NCBI GenBank assembly: GCA_937871435.1
Contig: CALMQM010000072.1
Location: 3,145 to 67,144, forward strand
DNA from: an uncultured Bacteroidota bacterium
GTDB taxonomy: Bacteria > Bacteroidota > Bacteroidia > AKYH767-A > 2013-40CM-41-45
Direction of reading: 5' to 3'
DNA length: 64,000 nt
A program made the translations under genes and the position numbers. The notes under the pieces are model-generated. The model worked only from the letters and a program-made list of their open reading frames with translations. It was not told where the DNA came from and did no database searches. This document shows positions 48,844-58,655 of this stretch, one piece after another (positions within the stretch are counted from its first letter, which is position 1; every line of letters starts with the position of its first letter).

Positions 48844-51030
48844 ATGAAAAAACTAATCAGTATTTCCATCTTCATTCTCGCTTTTGCCGGCCTTTCATTC
48901 GGCCAGCAAAACACCAAAATGAATTTTTCACTTCAGCAGAAAATGGCACAAGGCCGTCAGGCGGACCATGAAATTGCTGTTTTCATAAAAGGAGATGTGA
49001 ATGAAATACGCTCCCTTACTGAATCTCTTGGAGGTACATTTAAATATGCTGCAGGTGATATCGCTGCTGTTCGTATTCTGCTTAGCAAAATTCCACAACT
49101 GGCAGCTTCAGGAAAAGTTCAACGCATAGAAAACAATGATCTGAACCTTCAGCCGATGAACAACCAGATGTTACTGAACAATCACGTCACAGAAGTTCAA
49201 CAAGGTTTCAACCTTCCAGCATCCTACAATGGTGAAGGCGTTGTCATGGGAATCATCGACGAAGGAATAGACTTCACACATCCTGATTTCAGAGATGAAT
49301 ATGGCAGAACAAGAATAAAGTTTCTGTGGGATCAGGCAATTATAAATTTCGATACAGCGACACAGGCTCAGCCCTATGGCTATGGGAAAGAATACATCGG
49401 CAATCAGATTGATACATCCACACAACATTACGACAGTCCCTTCAGTCATGGTTCACACGTGACCGGAATCGCGTGTGGAAGCGGACTGGCTCTCAACAAT
49501 TACAAAGGTGTTGCTCCGAAAGCTGACATCATTGTCGTGAAGATGAACCTGAACAGGCCCGATAATGAATTTCTATCTTCTCTTGTGGATGCGATAAAAT
49601 ATATTTTTGACAGAGCGGATGAAATAGGTGAGCCGGCAGTCATCAACATAAGTTTAGGAACTTATTTTGGATCACACGACGGAAAAGATATCCAGGCACA
49701 ATCTATCGATAACCTGATCAGTTCAAAACCCGGACGAGTAGTTGTATGTTCAGCAGGTAATGCCGGAACAGCTCCATTGCATCTTACAAACAATGTAACC
49801 AGCGATACAAATTTCACCTGGCTCCAATTCAGCAGTCAGAGTATTTATATTCAGGCTTGGGGTGATTCCGCCAATTTTGAAAACATCCAGTTTTCTCTCG
49901 GTATAGACAGAGTGAACCATGGATATACGACCTTAAAATCTCTTCCCTTCAACACGGTTAATTACAACCTCGGTGTACTTTACACTGATACATTGAGTCT
50001 GGGAGGAAACCAATTTGGAATCATTCAGGGATTGAATCAGTTTTGGAATGGAAATTACTCTGTTGAATTCCTCATCACTCCTGATTCTACCCTCAATATT
50101 ACTTCAACCGACACGAGTCGTTACCTGTGGCGCTTCATGACCACAGGCAACGGGCATTATGACGGCTGGAGCTACGATATGGTTTTCGATAACCTTCCGG
50201 ATTCAGTTTCTTATCCACCTATCCTGAAATACAAAAAACCGGATACGGATCAAACTATTGTGAGCTCATTTACCTGCAGCGACAAAGTGATTACAGTTGG
50301 AAGTTATATCAATAGAAATTTCTACACCAATGCAAATTATGCAATTACTCGTGACACAAATTTGGTAGTCGGACAATTGTCTTTATTCTCCAGTCATGGG
50401 CCTACACGCGATGGACGTATCAAACCGGACATTACTGCTACAGGCGAATGGCTCATCAGTTGCGGAACACAAAGCGAATTGAATTTGCTCGCAGCCATTG
50501 AACCCGAAAAAGTAGCAGCCGGGAAAAAACACAAACGAAGCAGCGGAACATCCATGTCCTCCCCAGTTGTTGCAGGGATTGCGGCTTTATACCTCCAGAA
50601 AAATCCGACAGCCCGTTGGGATGAAGTAAAAAATGCAATCATTAATTGCGCGGATGAAGATGCGTTCACCGGAAATAATTTGCCGGACAATCGCTGGGGA
50701 TATGGAAAGATCAATGCTTATGCTGCTGTGAAAGGGTGTACAGTCGGCATCGATGATTTAGATGCAACTTCAGGAATAACATTTCAGAATTATCCAAATC
50801 CATTTGAATCCAATACAACTATTGCATACGACATGAATATTTTACAACACGTTCAATATGCAGAAATTGTGATCGCGGATGTAGTCGGATCCGTTCTCCA
50901 GAGAATTCAAATAAAAGACAAAGTCAATGCTATAAATCTTTCAAAAGGAAAATTGGCTGCCGGAATGTACAACTGCTCTCTGATTATTGATGGAAAGACT
51001 GTCAGGACAAATAAGCTCGTCATTCTCTGA
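48844..51030 (+). CDS. secreted subtilisin-family (S8) serine peptidase with a T9SS type A sorting domain
   Basis: The catalytic triad contexts are GIIDEGID (Asp), HGSHVTGIA (His) and SGTSMSSPVVAG (Ser). A signal peptide is present, and the CTD reads YPNPFESNTTIAY...GMYNCSL. Confidence 0.9.
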   Translation: MKKLISISIFILAFAGLSFGQQNTKMNFSLQQKMAQGRQADHEIAVFIKGDVNEIRSLTESLGGTFKYAAGDIAAVRILLSKIPQLAASGKVQRIENNDLNLQPMNNQMLLNNHVTEVQQGFNLPASYNGEGVVMGIIDEGIDFTHPDFRDEYGRTRIKFLWDQAIINFDTATQAQPYGYGKEYIGNQIDTSTQHYDSPFSHGSHVTGIACGSGLALNNYKGVAPKADIIVVKMNLNRPDNEFLSSLVDAIKYIFDRADEIGEPAVINISLGTYFGSHDGKDIQAQSIDNLISSKPGRVVVCSAGNAGTAPLHLTNNVTSDTNFTWLQFSSQSIYIQAWGDSANFENIQFSLGIDRVNHGYTTLKSLPFNTVNYNLGVLYTDTLSLGGNQFGIIQGLNQFWNGNYSVEFLITPDSTLNITSTDTSRYLWRFMTTGNGHYDGWSYDMVFDNLPDSVSYPPILKYKKPDTDQTIVSSFTCSDKVITVGSYINRNFYTNANYAITRDTNLVVGQLSLFSSHGPTRDGRIKPDITATGEWLISCGTQSELNLLAAIEPEKVAAGKKHKRSSGTSMSSPVVAGIAALYLQKNPTARWDEVKNAIINCADEDAFTGNNLPDNRWGYGKINAYAAVKGCTVGIDDLDATSGITFQNYPNPFESNTTIAYDMNILQHVQYAEIVIADVVGSVLQRIQIKDKVNAINLSKGKLAAGMYNCSLIIDGKTVRTNKLVIL

Positions 51031-51066
51031 TGTAAATTTCCATTTATCTAAAAATGAATTTAAAAC

Positions 51067-51096
51067 AAAAATGGCGGTCTACCCGCCATTTTTTTT
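51067..51096 (+). terminator. intrinsic terminator of the S8 peptidase gene
   Basis: The stem aaaatggcgg / ccgccatttt encloses a 5-nt loop and runs into a T-tract (8 consecutive T to 51096). Confidence 0.8.
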
Positions 51097-51124
51097 GATC
51101 ATATGTTTGGTAAAGCAAATCAAT

Positions 51125-51132
51125 TACCTTTG
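51125..51132 (+). promoter_or_regulatory. candidate -7 promoter box for the UbiA-family gene
   Basis: TACCTTTG lies 18 nt upstream of the GTG start at 51150. Confidence 0.35.
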
Positions 51133-51149
51133 TCCGACAATCCATTTCT

Positions 51150-52013
51150 GTGCTTCGATCTTTCAAGAATTACCTGAGCCTCGTAAAATTCAGTCATACC
51201 ATTTTTGCAATGCCTTTTGCGGCAATCGGGTATACATTGGGTGCTGTTCAACCTGAATCTCATCCGGATGTATTCCTGCTTATTAAAGTGATCCTGTGTA
51301 TGGTTTTCGCCCGAACTTCTGCGATGGCATTCAACAGATGGACAGACCGAAAAATTGACGCCAAAAATTTACGTACAAAGCAACGTGAAATTCCGGCAGG
51401 AACGATATCCCCTTCTGCAGCTCTTTCGTTAGTAATTATTAGCTCCGGCTTATTCATTCTTACTACCTGGTTCATTAATCCAATCTGTTTCTTCCTTTCT
51501 CCTGTCGCCTTACTAGTCGTACTCGGTTACAGTTACACAAAAAGATTTACCTGGCTTTGTCATTTGGTACTAGGATTGGGATTATCACTCGCACCAATAG
51601 GTGCTTACCTTGCTGTAACAGGTCGCTTCGATATTCTTCCGCTCCTCTTTTCCTTTACTGTGATCACATGGGTAAGTGGATTTGATATTATCTATGCTCT
51701 GCAGGATGACGAGTTTGACAAAAGCGAACAACTCTATTCCATTCCTTCATTCTTTGGGAGGAAAAACGCTTTGGTTTTTTCCGGCATTCTTCACTTCATC
51801 AGTATTTTTTGCGTCTTGCTTGCCGGGAAAACAGGTTCTTTCGGTATGATCTATTGGATAGGCGCTGCTTTTTTTGCCGGACTTGTAATCTACCAGCATA
51901 CCCTCATCAGACCTGATGATCTGAGTAAAGTGAACATTGCTTTTTTTACAACTAACGGAATAGCAAGTATTGTTTTCGCCGGATTTGTGGTCGCTGCCAG
52001 TGTGTGGCATTGA
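51150..52013 (+). CDS. UbiA-family aromatic polyprenyltransferase (4-hydroxybenzoate/menaquinone-type)
   Basis: The Asp-rich motifs are NRWTDRKIDAKN (NxxxDxxxD) and YALQDDEFD. About 8-9 TM segments are present. The start is GTG because no in-frame ATG lies upstream. Confidence 0.85.
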   Translation: MLRSFKNYLSLVKFSHTIFAMPFAAIGYTLGAVQPESHPDVFLLIKVILCMVFARTSAMAFNRWTDRKIDAKNLRTKQREIPAGTISPSAALSLVIISSGLFILTTWFINPICFFLSPVALLVVLGYSYTKRFTWLCHLVLGLGLSLAPIGAYLAVTGRFDILPLLFSFTVITWVSGFDIIYALQDDEFDKSEQLYSIPSFFGRKNALVFSGILHFISIFCVLLAGKTGSFGMIYWIGAAFFAGLVIYQHTLIRPDDLSKVNIAFFTTNGIASIVFAGFVVAASVWH

Positions 52014-52034
52014 AAATAATCCAATACATCCTAA

Positions 52035-54017
52035 TCAGGAATCTGCTTTCACAAATTTCACATAAGAAATTCCTTGTCCGGTTTCAACTTCCAGCACATA
52101 CATCCCATTCGCTAAATCAGCAATAGAAAAACGGAATTGCCGGAGTGGAATTGCCGGAGACACCTCTTTTACTTTTCTACCGCACCGGTCCAGAATTGAA
52201 ACATGATGAATGGACAAAGCAGGTTCCGAAACCAATAACGACAAATCTTCTCCTGCCGGATTTGGAAAAACATTTATCGAAACAAAGGAAGAATTTTTTT
52301 CCAACAAAGATTGAACTGTATTTTCCGCACTGATTATCCAGTGTTCCGGATCAATGAAAATGTTTCTGACTTCATAATCCAGCGACACCTGATAATGTTG
52401 ACCGGAGAAATCATTTTGGAAGACAATTACAGTATCAGTTGCATCTCCTGCAAACTGTATTGGCACCGGCATTTTGTAAAAACTGACGGACGAATGTGAC
52501 TGAGTTTGATCAAGTGTAAATTCAACTTGTCTATCCTTTTGATTCCACTCTAAATGATAAGATGGATAACCCTGACCACTATACCATTGGTCAAAAAAAT
52601 AATCGAGGTTTGTCCCACTGCTTTGTTCGAGGTGAGTTTTGAGTTGATCTGTTGTTGCATATGAATAAACAAGTGAAGGATCTGAAAGATAATTTCTGAT
52701 CCCGGCAAAAAATGCAGAGTCGCCAATCACCCATCGTAGCATGTGTACCAGATATGCTCCCTTACAATAAGACAGCCGATAATCAAAAATCCGGCTCACT
52801 TCTGTAGTGTCAGAACAAAATACTGAACCATCCGGTTTTGAGGTGATCGTATTCAATATACCATTCAGGAATGAAGGCCAGATAATCGGTGACACATGTT
52901 GCTTTCCAAATCCTTGCAAATAGGTAGCAAAACCTTCATTGAGCCAGATATCTTCCCAACTCCCACAAGTTACTTTATCTCCAAACCATTGATGCGCCAA
53001 TTCATGATAGACCAGATATGAATCAAAATTGCCGATAAAACTCATCGTCTGATGTTCCATTCCCCCACTCCATCCAAATTGAGTTTGACCGTATTTCTCT
53101 CTGCTGAATGGATAAGTTCCAAACAAACTATCAAAAAAAAGAAACACATCTAAAAACCGATCATTGTTCAATTTAGTTCTGACATGGGCTGAATCTTCAG
53201 GATAGATATATCCGACAATTGGCATGGACTGTCCGTTCGAAAGAGTTACAGTATCTGAATAAACTGAATAATTGCTCACTGCCACACCAACCAGGTAAGC
53301 AGCAATCGGATAAGTTGAATGCCAATGCGTTGTTTTTTCATTTCCGGAAATGGTTTCCGAAAGTAACAATCCATTGGAAGCAACTTTGTATTGAGAAGGA
53401 GTCACAACAACAATGTCCAGCGTATCAATTTTGTCATTCAAATCCTGATGACAAGGCCACCATTCTTTTGAGCCATAAGGTTCGGAAAGTGTCCATAAAA
53501 TCGGCGCGCCGGAATGTTGTGTGGTTTCAAAAGAACCGAATCCGGAAACTCCCGGCTCTCCCTGATAATACACAGAAACAGAATCCATCACATTAACAGG
53601 AAGCATAGAGGAAAAATGAATGAGCAAAAAGTCGTTAGAAAGATGCTGGAACGACAAATTGTTTCCATGATACTCTATACTGTCCACTCCAAGCAAATGT
53701 GTTAAATCAAGCCGTAGTTCATTCATCCCTGAGAGTAGAGGTAAAAAATGAAAAGAAACTCTGCCGGAAATGTATCTCACTGTTGGATCCAATTTCCATT
53801 CACATTGGACAGAAACAATATCATAATTTGAGGAAGTGGTGGAATTTTCAACAGTTGTAATTGACTTCTCCCAAGCCGACTTTTTTTCAGAATCAAGAAA
53901 TTCTGAACTCAGGATTTTTTCTTTTGTTTGAGCAGATAAAATTTCGGGATGGATTATTAAAAAAGAAAAAACAACTAAAATCGAAAAGAAAATTCTGACT
54001 TGCTCAATGCGTTTCAT
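52035..54017 (-). CDS. secreted M1-family zinc aminopeptidase with a T9SS type A sorting domain
   Basis: The gluzincin motifs are HELAHQWFGD and WLNEGFATY. The CTD reads FPNPAGEDLSLL...GMYVLEV. The start at ATG 54017 gives the signal peptide MKRIEQVRIFFSILVV. Confidence 0.88.
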   Translation of the reverse strand: MKRIEQVRIFFSILVVFSFLIIHPEILSAQTKEKILSSEFLDSEKKSAWEKSITTVENSTTSSNYDIVSVQCEWKLDPTVRYISGRVSFHFLPLLSGMNELRLDLTHLLGVDSIEYHGNNLSFQHLSNDFLLIHFSSMLPVNVMDSVSVYYQGEPGVSGFGSFETTQHSGAPILWTLSEPYGSKEWWPCHQDLNDKIDTLDIVVVTPSQYKVASNGLLLSETISGNEKTTHWHSTYPIAAYLVGVAVSNYSVYSDTVTLSNGQSMPIVGYIYPEDSAHVRTKLNNDRFLDVFLFFDSLFGTYPFSREKYGQTQFGWSGGMEHQTMSFIGNFDSYLVYHELAHQWFGDKVTCGSWEDIWLNEGFATYLQGFGKQHVSPIIWPSFLNGILNTITSKPDGSVFCSDTTEVSRIFDYRLSYCKGAYLVHMLRWVIGDSAFFAGIRNYLSDPSLVYSYATTDQLKTHLEQSSGTNLDYFFDQWYSGQGYPSYHLEWNQKDRQVEFTLDQTQSHSSVSFYKMPVPIQFAGDATDTVIVFQNDFSGQHYQVSLDYEVRNIFIDPEHWIISAENTVQSLLEKNSSFVSINVFPNPAGEDLSLLVSEPALSIHHVSILDRCGRKVKEVSPAIPLRQFRFSIADLANGMYVLEVETGQGISYVKFVKADS

Positions 54018-54657
54018 CCAGGAGTACATGAATGTCATCAATCAGTTTATTCACTTCTGTTGAATCTGTGCCATCATAAAAACCCCGGATATGACGATCC
54101 GGATCTACCAATGCGAAAAATTGTGTGTGTACAAAATCCTCCGGCCCGCCATTTCCTTCAGTTAAACTCACAAGGTACGATTTTCTTGCCATCTCATAGA
54201 GCGCTTTTTTATCACCTGTCAAAAATTGCCATTGCTTTGGATCAGCATGATGTTCCTTCGCATAGGCCGCCAAAACGGAAACAGAATCTTCATCCGGTTT
54301 AACAGAATGAGAAAGTATATGAAATCGTTCTTCTCCTTTAAAATGATCGGCTACCCGTTCCATTTGACCGGACATCATCGGACAAATTCCCTGGCAAGTC
54401 GTGAAGAAAAAATCGGCCACATAAATCTTTCCTTTTACAGACTCTTCAGTTACATTCTTCCCTTCCTGATCAACAAATGAGAAACCGGCTATTGTATGAT
54501 CTGTACTGTCAGCATTTTTAGGTCCGTAAATAGGCAATAATTCCGTCTGCTCTTTTTCAGGATTCATAATCGAATAGGCATAGATCATAAACCCGAGCGT
54601 GATTAATCCCACAATTAAAAAACGAACGAAAACTGATTCAAACAATTTCTTAATCAT
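54004..54657 (-). CDS. SCO1/SenC-family thioredoxin-fold copper chaperone
   Basis: An N-terminal TM anchor is present. The metal site CxxxC reads FFFTTCQGICPMM, with a downstream His in ILSHSVKPD. Length is 217 aa. Confidence 0.85.
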   Translation of the reverse strand: MIKKLFESVFVRFLIVGLITLGFMIYAYSIMNPEKEQTELLPIYGPKNADSTDHTIAGFSFVDQEGKNVTEESVKGKIYVADFFFTTCQGICPMMSGQMERVADHFKGEERFHILSHSVKPDEDSVSVLAAYAKEHHADPKQWQFLTGDKKALYEMARKSYLVSLTEGNGGPEDFVHTQFFALVDPDRHIRGFYDGTDSTEVNKLIDDIHVLLDETH

Positions 54658-54935
54658 TGTTGTTTCCGAATGAAGGCCTCTTTACAGCCCTTGCTGCAAA
54701 AGCCATAAATCTGATTGTTGATTTGAAGTGTATCCGCCACACTATCTTTCAAACTCATCCCGCAAATTGTATCCTTTGAAGAGATCAGTTTATTCAAAGC
54801 AATCTGAATAAAGTGACCATCTTGCTGCATCATCTTGTCTGCAGGAACATCTCTGTGTTCCGGTTTCCTTTCAGCATCCTTACAGGATAGTGTTAAAAAC
54901 AAAACCGTCGCAATGAAGACTAAACTGCGTTTCAT
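54654..54935 (-). CDS. YHS/TRASH-type metal-binding lipoprotein
   Basis: The lipobox reads LTLSC. The YHS pattern reads D-x-I-C-G-M-S-L ... Y-G-F-C-S-K-G-C-K-E-A-F. Its stop overlaps the SCO1 start in ATGA. Confidence 0.7.
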   Translation of the reverse strand: MKRSLVFIATVLFLTLSCKDAERKPEHRDVPADKMMQQDGHFIQIALNKLISSKDTICGMSLKDSVADTLQINNQIYGFCSKGCKEAFIRKQQ

Positions 54936-55204
54936 GTCATTTTCAATCTGGCTGCAATATCGGGAGGCTTTGGCGATTTACCTACCATTATCATATTAAT
55001 TCTTGTAGCTGCAATCCATCCTCACTTAATTGCTTCGGGAAGATTTCCTTTCTGTTAAACAGGAATGCAATCCGACCATTAAACTGATGAACAACAAAGT
55101 ATTGAACTCTGACCACCTTACATCAGCTTTTTTTTCATTGAAAGATCAATTCTGAAAGAAAAAAAATCATGACAAAAGGCTGAATGCGAACTTTCAAATT
55201 TTAT

Positions 55205-55212
55205 TATATTTG
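55205..55212 (+). promoter_or_regulatory. candidate -7 promoter box for the E1 gene
   Basis: TATATTTG lies 27 nt upstream of the ATG at 55239. Confidence 0.4.
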
Positions 55213-55238
55213 TAGAGATTCAAACACGATTTTTTTGT

Positions 55239-57659
55239 ATGCAAGAGTCAGCAAGGGATTCCGTTAACAGGGACATTAGTTTTGACGATTTCCAGAAGGA
55301 AGTATTAAATGATTACCGAATCGCCTGCGAAAGCAGACACGCCAGCCTGTTGGGTCGAAAAGAGGTCCTGACAGGAAAAGCCAAATTCGGAATTTTTGGA
55401 GACGGAAAAGAACTCGCCCAGATAGCCATGGCGAAACAATTCCGCGATGGTGATTTTCGTGCCGGTTATTACAGGGATCAAACCTTCATGTTTGCCATCG
55501 GACAATCCGATATCACAAAATTTTTTGCTCAGTTGTATGCAAATCCTGATGTAGAAGCCGAACCTTCCTCAGCCGGTCGTTCCATGAACGGACACTTTGC
55601 TACACGAAGTCTCAATGCAGATGGTTCCTGGAAGGATCTGACGAAAATGAAAAATTCATCTTCAGATATTTCTCCAACAGCCGGACAAATGCCTCGTCTG
55701 CTCGGACTGGCCTGGGCTTCGAAACTTTACAGATCCAATCCGGAGTTGAAAAAGATCAACGGCTTCTCTGTAAATGGAAATGAAGTTGCATTTGGTTCCA
55801 TTGGTGACGCCAGTACTTCAGAAGGAGTATTCTTTGAAACCATCAATGCAGCCGGAGTGCTACAGGTTCCTATGGCTATCTCTGTTTGGGATGATGGATA
55901 TGGAATATCAGTTCCTGCTAAATACCAAACAACAAAACAGAACATTTCAGAAATACTCAAAGGATTTGAACGAAACGATAAAGGGGAAGGATATGTAATC
56001 CTTCGTGGTAAAGGTTGGGATTACCCCGGACTCTGTGAATTGTATGAAAAAGGTATTCGCATTTGTCGCGAACAACATGTGCCGGTCTTGTTTCATATTC
56101 AGGAAGTCACTCAACCACAAGGTCACAGTACATCCGGTTCTCATGAACGGTACAAATCAAAAGAACGACTGCAATGGGAAGATGAATTTGATGGCATTCG
56201 CAAAATGAAAGAGTGGATCATTTCTTCCGCTATTGCCACAGCAGAAGAATGTGATCGAATTGATGGAGAAGCGAAAAAGTTTGCAGCCGCCTGCAGAAAA
56301 AAAGCATGGGATGATTTTATGAATCCCATCAAAGCAGAAATACAAACTGTCGGAACACTGCTTGAATCCATTGCTCAATCCAGCGGTCAGGGTGCTTTCA
56401 TTCGTAAAGTGAAAAGTGACCTGGAAAGTATGATGGATCCTGCGCGCAGAGATATTTCTTCCGCAGCCCAAAGAGTACTCAGATTGATCCGCCATGAAAA
56501 TTCAGCTGCAAGAACTGCGTTGATTGACTGGTGTACTCAAAACGATCAGAAAAATTTTGACAGATATAATTCCTATCTCCATAGTGAATCCGGCGAATCC
56601 GCAACTCAGGTTAAAGCAGTTGCAGTTCAATATGCCGAGGATGCCCCAATGATGGATGGAAGAGAAATTATTCAATCTAACTTTGATGCGCTCTTTGCAA
56701 AAGATCCAAGATTGGTTGCATTCGGAGAAGATCTTGGTAAAATTGGCGACGTGAACCAGGGCTTTGCCGGATTGCAGGCCAAGTATGGAGAAATAAGAAT
56801 CTCAGATGTGGGTATACGTGAGGCAACCATCGCCGGTCAGGGAATTGGTCTTGCTTTGCGTGGACTCCGACCCATCGCGGAAATCCAATACCTCGATTAT
56901 CTTCTCTATGCTATCCAGATTCTGAGCGATGATCTTGCAACATTACAATACAGAACCAAAGGCGGACAAAAAGCACCGGTCATCATTCGAACACGTGGTC
57001 ATCGTCTCGAAGGAATCTGGCACAGTGGTTCACCAATGGGAATGATAATCCATGCGCTCAGAGGAATGCATGTCCTTGTCCCCAGAAACATGACACAAGC
57101 AGCGGGATTCTATAACACACTCCTTGCCGGGGATGAACCCGCGGTAATCGTGGAATGCCTGAACGGTTACCGTTTGAAAGAAAAACTTCCTGCTAACCTG
57201 GGTGAATTCAGGGTTCCGGTCGGAATCACTGAAACACTACAGGAAGGTTCCGATATCACCTTGGTCACCTACGGATCCTGTGTTCGCGTCGCTCAGGAAG
57301 CGATAAGAGCCTTGGATGAATTGAGCATTTCTGTTGAACTGATCGATGTTCAGAGTTTACTTCCTTTCGACCGTAAACATTCTATCGTAGAGTCACTGAA
57401 GAAAACCAATAAATTGTTGGTTCTCGATGAAGATGTTCCTGGCGGTGCCAGTGCTTACATTTTACAACAAATTCTTGAAATTCAACAAGGATTCAAACAT
57501 TTGGATGCTCCTCCAAGAACCCTAACAGCGAAACCTCATCGAGCTGCTTATGGTTCAGATGGTGATTATTTCAGCAAACCTTCTGTGGAAGATATCGTAA
57601 ACATTGCCTACGAAATGATGCGGGAATATAATCCCGGGCTTTACCCCAGTTTTACCTGA
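55239..57659 (+). CDS. fused alpha/beta E1 component of a 2-oxoacid (branched-chain-type) dehydrogenase
   Basis: This 806-aa protein has an N-terminal TPP-binding E1-alpha-like half (GSIGDASTSEGVFFE). The C-terminal half is E1-beta/transketolase Pyr-like (ISDVGIREATIAGQGIGLALRGLRPIAEIQYLDY). Confidence 0.85.
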   Translation: MQESARDSVNRDISFDDFQKEVLNDYRIACESRHASLLGRKEVLTGKAKFGIFGDGKELAQIAMAKQFRDGDFRAGYYRDQTFMFAIGQSDITKFFAQLYANPDVEAEPSSAGRSMNGHFATRSLNADGSWKDLTKMKNSSSDISPTAGQMPRLLGLAWASKLYRSNPELKKINGFSVNGNEVAFGSIGDASTSEGVFFETINAAGVLQVPMAISVWDDGYGISVPAKYQTTKQNISEILKGFERNDKGEGYVILRGKGWDYPGLCELYEKGIRICREQHVPVLFHIQEVTQPQGHSTSGSHERYKSKERLQWEDEFDGIRKMKEWIISSAIATAEECDRIDGEAKKFAAACRKKAWDDFMNPIKAEIQTVGTLLESIAQSSGQGAFIRKVKSDLESMMDPARRDISSAAQRVLRLIRHENSAARTALIDWCTQNDQKNFDRYNSYLHSESGESATQVKAVAVQYAEDAPMMDGREIIQSNFDALFAKDPRLVAFGEDLGKIGDVNQGFAGLQAKYGEIRISDVGIREATIAGQGIGLALRGLRPIAEIQYLDYLLYAIQILSDDLATLQYRTKGGQKAPVIIRTRGHRLEGIWHSGSPMGMIIHALRGMHVLVPRNMTQAAGFYNTLLAGDEPAVIVECLNGYRLKEKLPANLGEFRVPVGITETLQEGSDITLVTYGSCVRVAQEAIRALDELSISVELIDVQSLLPFDRKHSIVESLKKTNKLLVLDEDVPGGASAYILQQILEIQQGFKHLDAPPRTLTAKPHRAAYGSDGDYFSKPSVEDIVNIAYEMMREYNPGLYPSFT

Positions 57660-57723
57660 TTCTTTTAACAATTTTCATTTTACACTAAACTGAATAAACA
57701 CTGTGATATTATTGCCCATTTCC

Positions 57724-58533
57724 ATGTCTGATAGAATAACCGAAAAGGATTCTAAATATACTTCACTCGACAAAATGAGTGTGTATGATTTGTTGCGTTC
57801 TATCAACGAAGAAGATAAAACAGTACCGGATACGATAGAAAAATCTCTCCACCGGATTGAAACAGTTGTTATCTTGATCAGTGAGAAACTCAGACAAGGT
57901 GGAAGATTATTTTATCTCGGCGCCGGAACAAGTGGCAGACTCGCGATTGTAGATGCTTCTGAACTCCCTCCTACCTACGGATTAGAACATGGTCGCGTTA
58001 TTGGCTTAATTGCCGGCGGTGATGAAGCGATACGCAAAGCAGTTGAATTTGCAGAAGATGATCCTGAACAAGGTTGGAAGGATCTGCAGTCCCATGGGAT
58101 CACAAAACACGATGTAGTCATGGGTATTGCTGCTTCCGGCTCTACACCTTATGTAGTTGGCGCTATGAAACGCTGCAAAGAACATAATATACTGACCATT
58201 GGTCTCACTTGCAATCAGGATACGGCATTGGCGAAAAATGTCCACTATCCGATTGAGATCATTGTGGGTCCCGAAGTAGTTACCGGCAGTACACGCATGA
58301 AAGCAGGAACTGCTCAAAAGCTGGTGTTGAATATGATCTCCACTTCTGTCATGATTCAACTTGGCCGTGTCAAAGGGAATAAAATGGTCGATATGCAAAT
58401 GACCAACAACAAGCTCATCAAACGTGGTACCGGCATCCTGATGGATGAACTGAATATCACCGCGGTGGAAGCCGGTGAATTGCTCAACAAATATGGCAAC
58501 GTGCGCAAAGCTCTTGAAGCAGCACGAAAATAA
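57724..58533 (+). CDS. murQ: N-acetylmuramic acid 6-phosphate etherase
   Basis: The SIS domain shows GAGTSGRLAIVDASE, GIAASGSTPYV and TGSTRMKAGTAQK. I chose the ATG at 57724 over the GTG at 57703. Confidence 0.9.
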   Translation: MSDRITEKDSKYTSLDKMSVYDLLRSINEEDKTVPDTIEKSLHRIETVVILISEKLRQGGRLFYLGAGTSGRLAIVDASELPPTYGLEHGRVIGLIAGGDEAIRKAVEFAEDDPEQGWKDLQSHGITKHDVVMGIAASGSTPYVVGAMKRCKEHNILTIGLTCNQDTALAKNVHYPIEIIVGPEVVTGSTRMKAGTAQKLVLNMISTSVMIQLGRVKGNKMVDMQMTNNKLIKRGTGILMDELNITAVEAGELLNKYGNVRKALEAARK

Positions 58534-58623
58534 ATCATTTACTATTCCGTTTTTTTTCATTGAATAATATTCATGTTGAATTTGCATTTTGTAAATTCAA
58601 TTCATGAACGCATTTTTTATTCT

Positions 58624-58631
58624 TAACTTTG
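58624..58631 (+). promoter_or_regulatory. candidate -7 promoter box for the 188-aa hypothetical gene
   Basis: TAACTTTG lies 25 nt upstream of the GTG at 58656. Confidence 0.35.
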
Positions 58632-58655
58632 CACATCTAAATTCACTTTACAGAA

